Positions 28,931 to 32,000 of a stretch of 32,000 bases of DNA are shown here, piece by piece. The position numbers and the translations under genes were made by a program. How positions within the stretch are numbered: the stretch's first letter is position 1; each line of letters opens with the position of its first letter. Source of the DNA: Longivirga aurantiaca (GTDB lineage Bacteria; Actinomycetota; Actinomycetes; S36-B12; CAIYMF01); NCBI RefSeq assembly GCF_042660085.1, contig NZ_JBHSTI010000008.1, forward strand, positions 360,001 to 392,000, given 5' to 3'. Under the pieces are notes generated by a model. The model was not told the origin of the DNA, searched no databases, and saw only the letters and a program-made list of their open reading frames with translations.

Positions 28931-29995
28931 ATGAGCCAGCTCTTCGCGCCGATCACGCTGCGCGGCACGACGTTCGCCAACCGCGTGTGGGTGAGCCCCA
29001 TGTGCCAGTACAGCTCGGTGGAGGGCTTCCCGACCACGTGGCACCTGCCGCACCTCGGCGCGCTCGCGACAGGCCGCCCGGGGCTCCTGCTCACCGAGGC
29101 GACGGCCGTGACCCCGGAGGGCCGGATCAGCCCTGAGGACCTCGGGCTCTGGAGCGACGGCCACGCCCAGGCGATCGCACCCCTCGTCGACTTCGCCCAC
29201 GGCCAGGGGGTGCCGTTCGGAATCCAGCTCGCGCACGCCGGACGCAAGGCCTCGACGTGGTCGCCGTGGAAGGGTCACGGCTCGGTGCCGGAGGCCGACG
29301 GCGGATGGCAGACGATCGCGCCGTCCGCCGTCGCGTTCGGCGACTTCGCCGTCCCGCGCGCGATGGCCGAGCACCACCTCGACGCGATCCGCGAGGGCTT
29401 CGTCGCGGCCGCGCGGCGCGCCCACCGCATCGGCGTCGACACCGTCGAGATCCACGCGGCGCACGGCTACCTGCTGCACGAGTTCCTGTCGCCGCTGTCG
29501 AACCTGCGCGAGGACGAGTACGGCGGCAGCCTCGAGAACCGCATGCGCTTCCCGCTCGAGATCGTCGAGGCCGTCCGTGCCGCCTGGCCGGACGACAAGC
29601 CGCTGCTCTTCCGGGTGTCGGCGACCGACTGGGTCGACGGCGGGTGGGACGTGGAGTCGACCGTCGTGCTCGCGGGCGAGCTGAGGGCCCGTGGCGTCGA
29701 CCTCGTCGACGTGTCGAGCGCAGGCCTGCACCACGACCAGAAGATCGAGGTGGGTCCGGGCTACCAGGTGCCCTTCGCCGCGCAGGTGCGGGCGGAGGCG
29801 GGCATCCCCACGGGCGCCGTGGGGCTCATCACCGAGCCGCACCAGGCCGAGTCGATCGTCGCCGAGGGCTCGGCCGACGTCGTCCTCCTCGCCCGTGCGC
29901 TGCTGCGCGAGCCCCGCTGGCCGCTGCTCGCCGCGCACACGCTCGGGGCCGACATCGCCTGGCCCGAGCAGTACCAGCGCGCGCAGCCCCGCTGA
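28931..29995 (+). CDS. NADH:flavin oxidoreductase (Old Yellow Enzyme, YqjM/NamA type)
   Basis: ATG at 28931 (alternative 28916). Motifs NRVWVSPMCQYS, LLLTEATAVTPEGRIS, QLAHAGRKAS, HAAHGYLLHEFLSP and ARALLREPRW. Confidence 0.9.
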   Translation: MSQLFAPITLRGTTFANRVWVSPMCQYSSVEGFPTTWHLPHLGALATGRPGLLLTEATAVTPEGRISPEDLGLWSDGHAQAIAPLVDFAHGQGVPFGIQLAHAGRKASTWSPWKGHGSVPEADGGWQTIAPSAVAFGDFAVPRAMAEHHLDAIREGFVAAARRAHRIGVDTVEIHAAHGYLLHEFLSPLSNLREDEYGGSLENRMRFPLEIVEAVRAAWPDDKPLLFRVSATDWVDGGWDVESTVVLAGELRARGVDLVDVSSAGLHHDQKIEVGPGYQVPFAAQVRAEAGIPTGAVGLITEPHQAESIVAEGSADVVLLARALLREPRWPLLAAHTLGADIAWPEQYQRAQPR

Positions 29996-30009
29996 TCGGG
30001 GCGGCGCCG

Positions 30010-31716
30010 CTACTTCCTGCTGAGGCCGAACACGCCGGCCAGCACGCCGATCGTGATCAGGATCGTGCGCGCGATCCCAGCTCCGCTCGAGCTGGAGGTC
30101 TGCCCGCTGCTGCCGAAGGTCGTGGCTGCCACGAGCAGGATCACGGCCGCGCTGCCGATCATGAGCCACGAGCCTGTGCTGCGGCGCCCGTTCTGGCGCT
30201 CCCAGAGGCGGCCCAGCCCGGTGGACGGCGGCGTCGGCGGCAGGGGGATGTCCTCGGGGTTGCGGGCGGTGCGCGGCACGCGCACGCCCGCCGTGGCGGC
30301 GTCGACGACGGTGACGATCTGCTCGCCCGACTCCCAGAGCGTGGGCTCCACCGTGACGGTGACGCCGTCGGGCGCGATGAGCACGCGGCGGCCGTCCGGC
30401 CAGGCGAGCACCGCGCGGGCGGTGGCGAAGCGGACCGTGGCGTGGACGCCGTCCGCGCGGACCCCGGAGATCCCCTCGGGCGCCACGACCATGCGGTCGG
30501 ACCGGCTGTTGCCGCCGATGAGGGCGTGGGACGTGCCCTCGACCGGCTCCTCGGTGGAGAGCTCGGGGGCCGGTTCGGCCTGCCCGGCCGTCAACTCCGC
30601 CCCCTCGGGCAACCCGTAGAGGAGCGAGTCGCGCACCGTGCGGGCGAAGGCGTGCACGTCGTCGAGGGTGACCGCCTCAACCTCGGCGATGCGCTGCTGG
30701 AGGGGCGTGACTGCGCCGGTCATGAGCAGCTCCATCGCGGCGGTGTAGGCAAGGGCGACGGAGGCGTCCGGGGAGTCCCACAGCTTGCGAGCGTTCGTGC
30801 GGTACTCCTCGAGCCGCTCGGACGAGGTGCCGTCGTCGGCGAGCGAGGCGATCGTGCCGGCGAGCACCTGCGCGACCTGGTCGAGGTGCTCGGGGTGCGA
30901 GTCGCCCGTGATCCACATGAGCGCCGTGCTGCCGTCGTACGGGTCGTAGTCGACCGTCGGGCTGTAGGCGACGCCGAGCTCGAAGCGGAGCTTGTCGACC
31001 AGCGCGTTCTGGAGCGCGTACGAGTAGGCGACGGCCGCGACGCTGCGCGGCACGGGCGCCAGTGCCGCGACATCCGGGAAGCCGTGGCGGAACCAGGCCG
31101 GTGTGGCGGGGAGCACCTCCTCCAGCGCCGGGACGTCGCGGCGCGGACCGGGCGGCAGGGGCAGCGTGAGGCCGGGCGGCGGCGGTGCGCTGAGCACGAG
31201 GACGGCGTTCTCGCGGGTGAAGCGCTCGGTCGCCCACTGCTGGAGCGCAGCGCCGTCGACGGTGGCGGTGGCGAACTCGTCGAACGACCAGAGCCCCGGC
31301 CCAGCGGGCCCGAACCGCCAGGAGAGCAGTGCCGACGAGGTGCCGTAGCCGCGCTTGCCCGCCTCGGTGTCGAGCACGCGGACCTCGGTCTCGAGCCGGT
31401 CGACCGGGAGTGAGCTGAGCCCGGTGCAGACACCGGTGAGGAAGCGCGCGACCTCCTCCGGCTCTCCCGAGGTGTCGAACGTGGTGACCGACGTCCGCAC
31501 CGATCCGTTCTGGTAGTGCGGCCTCTGGCCCAGCGGGAACAGCGTCAGGTGCTCGACGAGGTGCGTGATGCCGTTCGTCGGCAGCGTCTCGTCGGCCTTG
31601 CCGACGCGGAACGTGAGGGTCGCGCGCAGCGGTCCCGGCTCGTCGGCGTGCACCACCCAGACGTCGTCGACCTTGGTCCAGGACACGCGCGCGCCGGTAC
31701 CGGCTTCCCCCGTCAC
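30010..31716 (-). CDS. M16 (pitrilysin/insulinase) family zinc peptidase-like protein with a C-terminal extension and two C-terminal TM helices
   Basis: HxxEH motif (THLVEHL) with a downstream Glu block (ETEVRVLDTEAGKRG). After the two M16-like halves comes a ~120-aa extra segment, then the TM helices WLMIGSAAVILLVAATTFG and IARTILITIGVLAGVFGL. GTG start at 31716 without a clear SD, so the start is uncertain. Confidence 0.7.
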   Translation of the reverse strand: MTGEAGTGARVSWTKVDDVWVVHADEPGPLRATLTFRVGKADETLPTNGITHLVEHLTLFPLGQRPHYQNGSVRTSVTTFDTSGEPEEVARFLTGVCTGLSSLPVDRLETEVRVLDTEAGKRGYGTSSALLSWRFGPAGPGLWSFDEFATATVDGAALQQWATERFTRENAVLVLSAPPPPGLTLPLPPGPRRDVPALEEVLPATPAWFRHGFPDVAALAPVPRSVAAVAYSYALQNALVDKLRFELGVAYSPTVDYDPYDGSTALMWITGDSHPEHLDQVAQVLAGTIASLADDGTSSERLEEYRTNARKLWDSPDASVALAYTAAMELLMTGAVTPLQQRIAEVEAVTLDDVHAFARTVRDSLLYGLPEGAELTAGQAEPAPELSTEEPVEGTSHALIGGNSRSDRMVVAPEGISGVRADGVHATVRFATARAVLAWPDGRRVLIAPDGVTVTVEPTLWESGEQIVTVVDAATAGVRVPRTARNPEDIPLPPTPPSTGLGRLWERQNGRRSTGSWLMIGSAAVILLVAATTFGSSGQTSSSSGAGIARTILITIGVLAGVFGLSRK

Positions 31717-31784
31717 ACGGACATTGTCGACCGCGAGTGTTCGACCTTGAGGCAGCGACGCGCTCGATTGCCTAGCCTCGCGGC

Positions 31785-32000
31785 ATGGCCACGTGGGAGG
31801 ACGTCGAGCGGATCGCGCTGTCGCTGCCGCTCGTGCACGAGAAGGACGCAGGCACCGGCTTCGAGGGCTGGCGCGTCTGGAAGATCGAGGGTGCCTCGGG
31901 CAGGCAGGTCGTGTGGGAGCGGCCGATGCGGCCGTCCGACCTGAAGGTGCTCGGCGACGCTGCGCCGACGAAGGAGAGCATCGCCGTGCGCGTGCCCGAC
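31785..32000 (+). CDS. MmcQ/YjbR-like protein, 3'-truncated by the window edge
   Basis: Not in the ORF track because it has no stop inside the window. My translation from ATG 31785 gives MATWEDVERIALSLPLVHEKDAGTGFEGWRVWKIEG..., a typical YjbR-family N-terminus, with high GC3. Confidence 0.6.
   Translation, partial: MATWEDVERIALSLPLVHEKDAGTGFEGWRVWKIEGASGRQVVWERPMRPSDLKVLGDAAPTKESIAVRVPD

Overview
Very GC-rich actinobacterial chromosomal window; third codon positions are almost all G/C. Mycothiol-linked genes (mca, a DinB/DUF664 protein) fit Actinomycetota. I support about 33 protein-coding genes and several hairpin terminators and palindromic operator candidates. I recognised no rRNA, tRNA, CRISPR array, IS or transposase, or phage genes.

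The backbone matches, from memory, the Mycobacterium tuberculosis greA neighbourhood (Rv1080c to Rv1086, and Rv1095). In order these are greA, a DUF4307 membrane protein, mca, a small membrane protein, a thioredoxin-domain DUF255 protein, hemolysin-III, a Z-prenyl diphosphate synthase and PhoH2. About 13 kb of less conserved cargo (6906..19788) lies between the Rv1083-like and Rv1084-like genes.

Findings most worth a second look:
- (1) A translationally coupled beta-strand-repeat/SHOCT-like protein and DUF2089-type Zn-ribbon-HTH protein. They sit behind a leaderless promoter carrying a perfect 11-bp palindrome and upstream of a DrrAB-type ABC exporter.
- (2) A large STAND/LAL-LuxR regulator divergent from a monocistronic, membrane-anchored protein. 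That protein has four copies of a P-x-T-H-x-Y-G-A-R motif, two of them on an exact 35-nt DNA repeat, and is followed by a YwiC-like membrane protein.
- (3) A GT87 (DUF2029) polytopic glycosyltransferase fused to a SAM methyltransferase.
- (4) A 538-nt non-coding leader upstream of a secreted transglycosylase-like protein.
- (5) A stand-alone CTP-synthase-type glutaminase domain that keeps the Cys but has Gln in place of the catalytic His and Glu.

All functional calls rest on motif and family recognition by eye. No database search or RNA covariance scan was possible, and start codons are best guesses. The many long alternative-frame and antisense ORFs in the track are GC-driven shadows.
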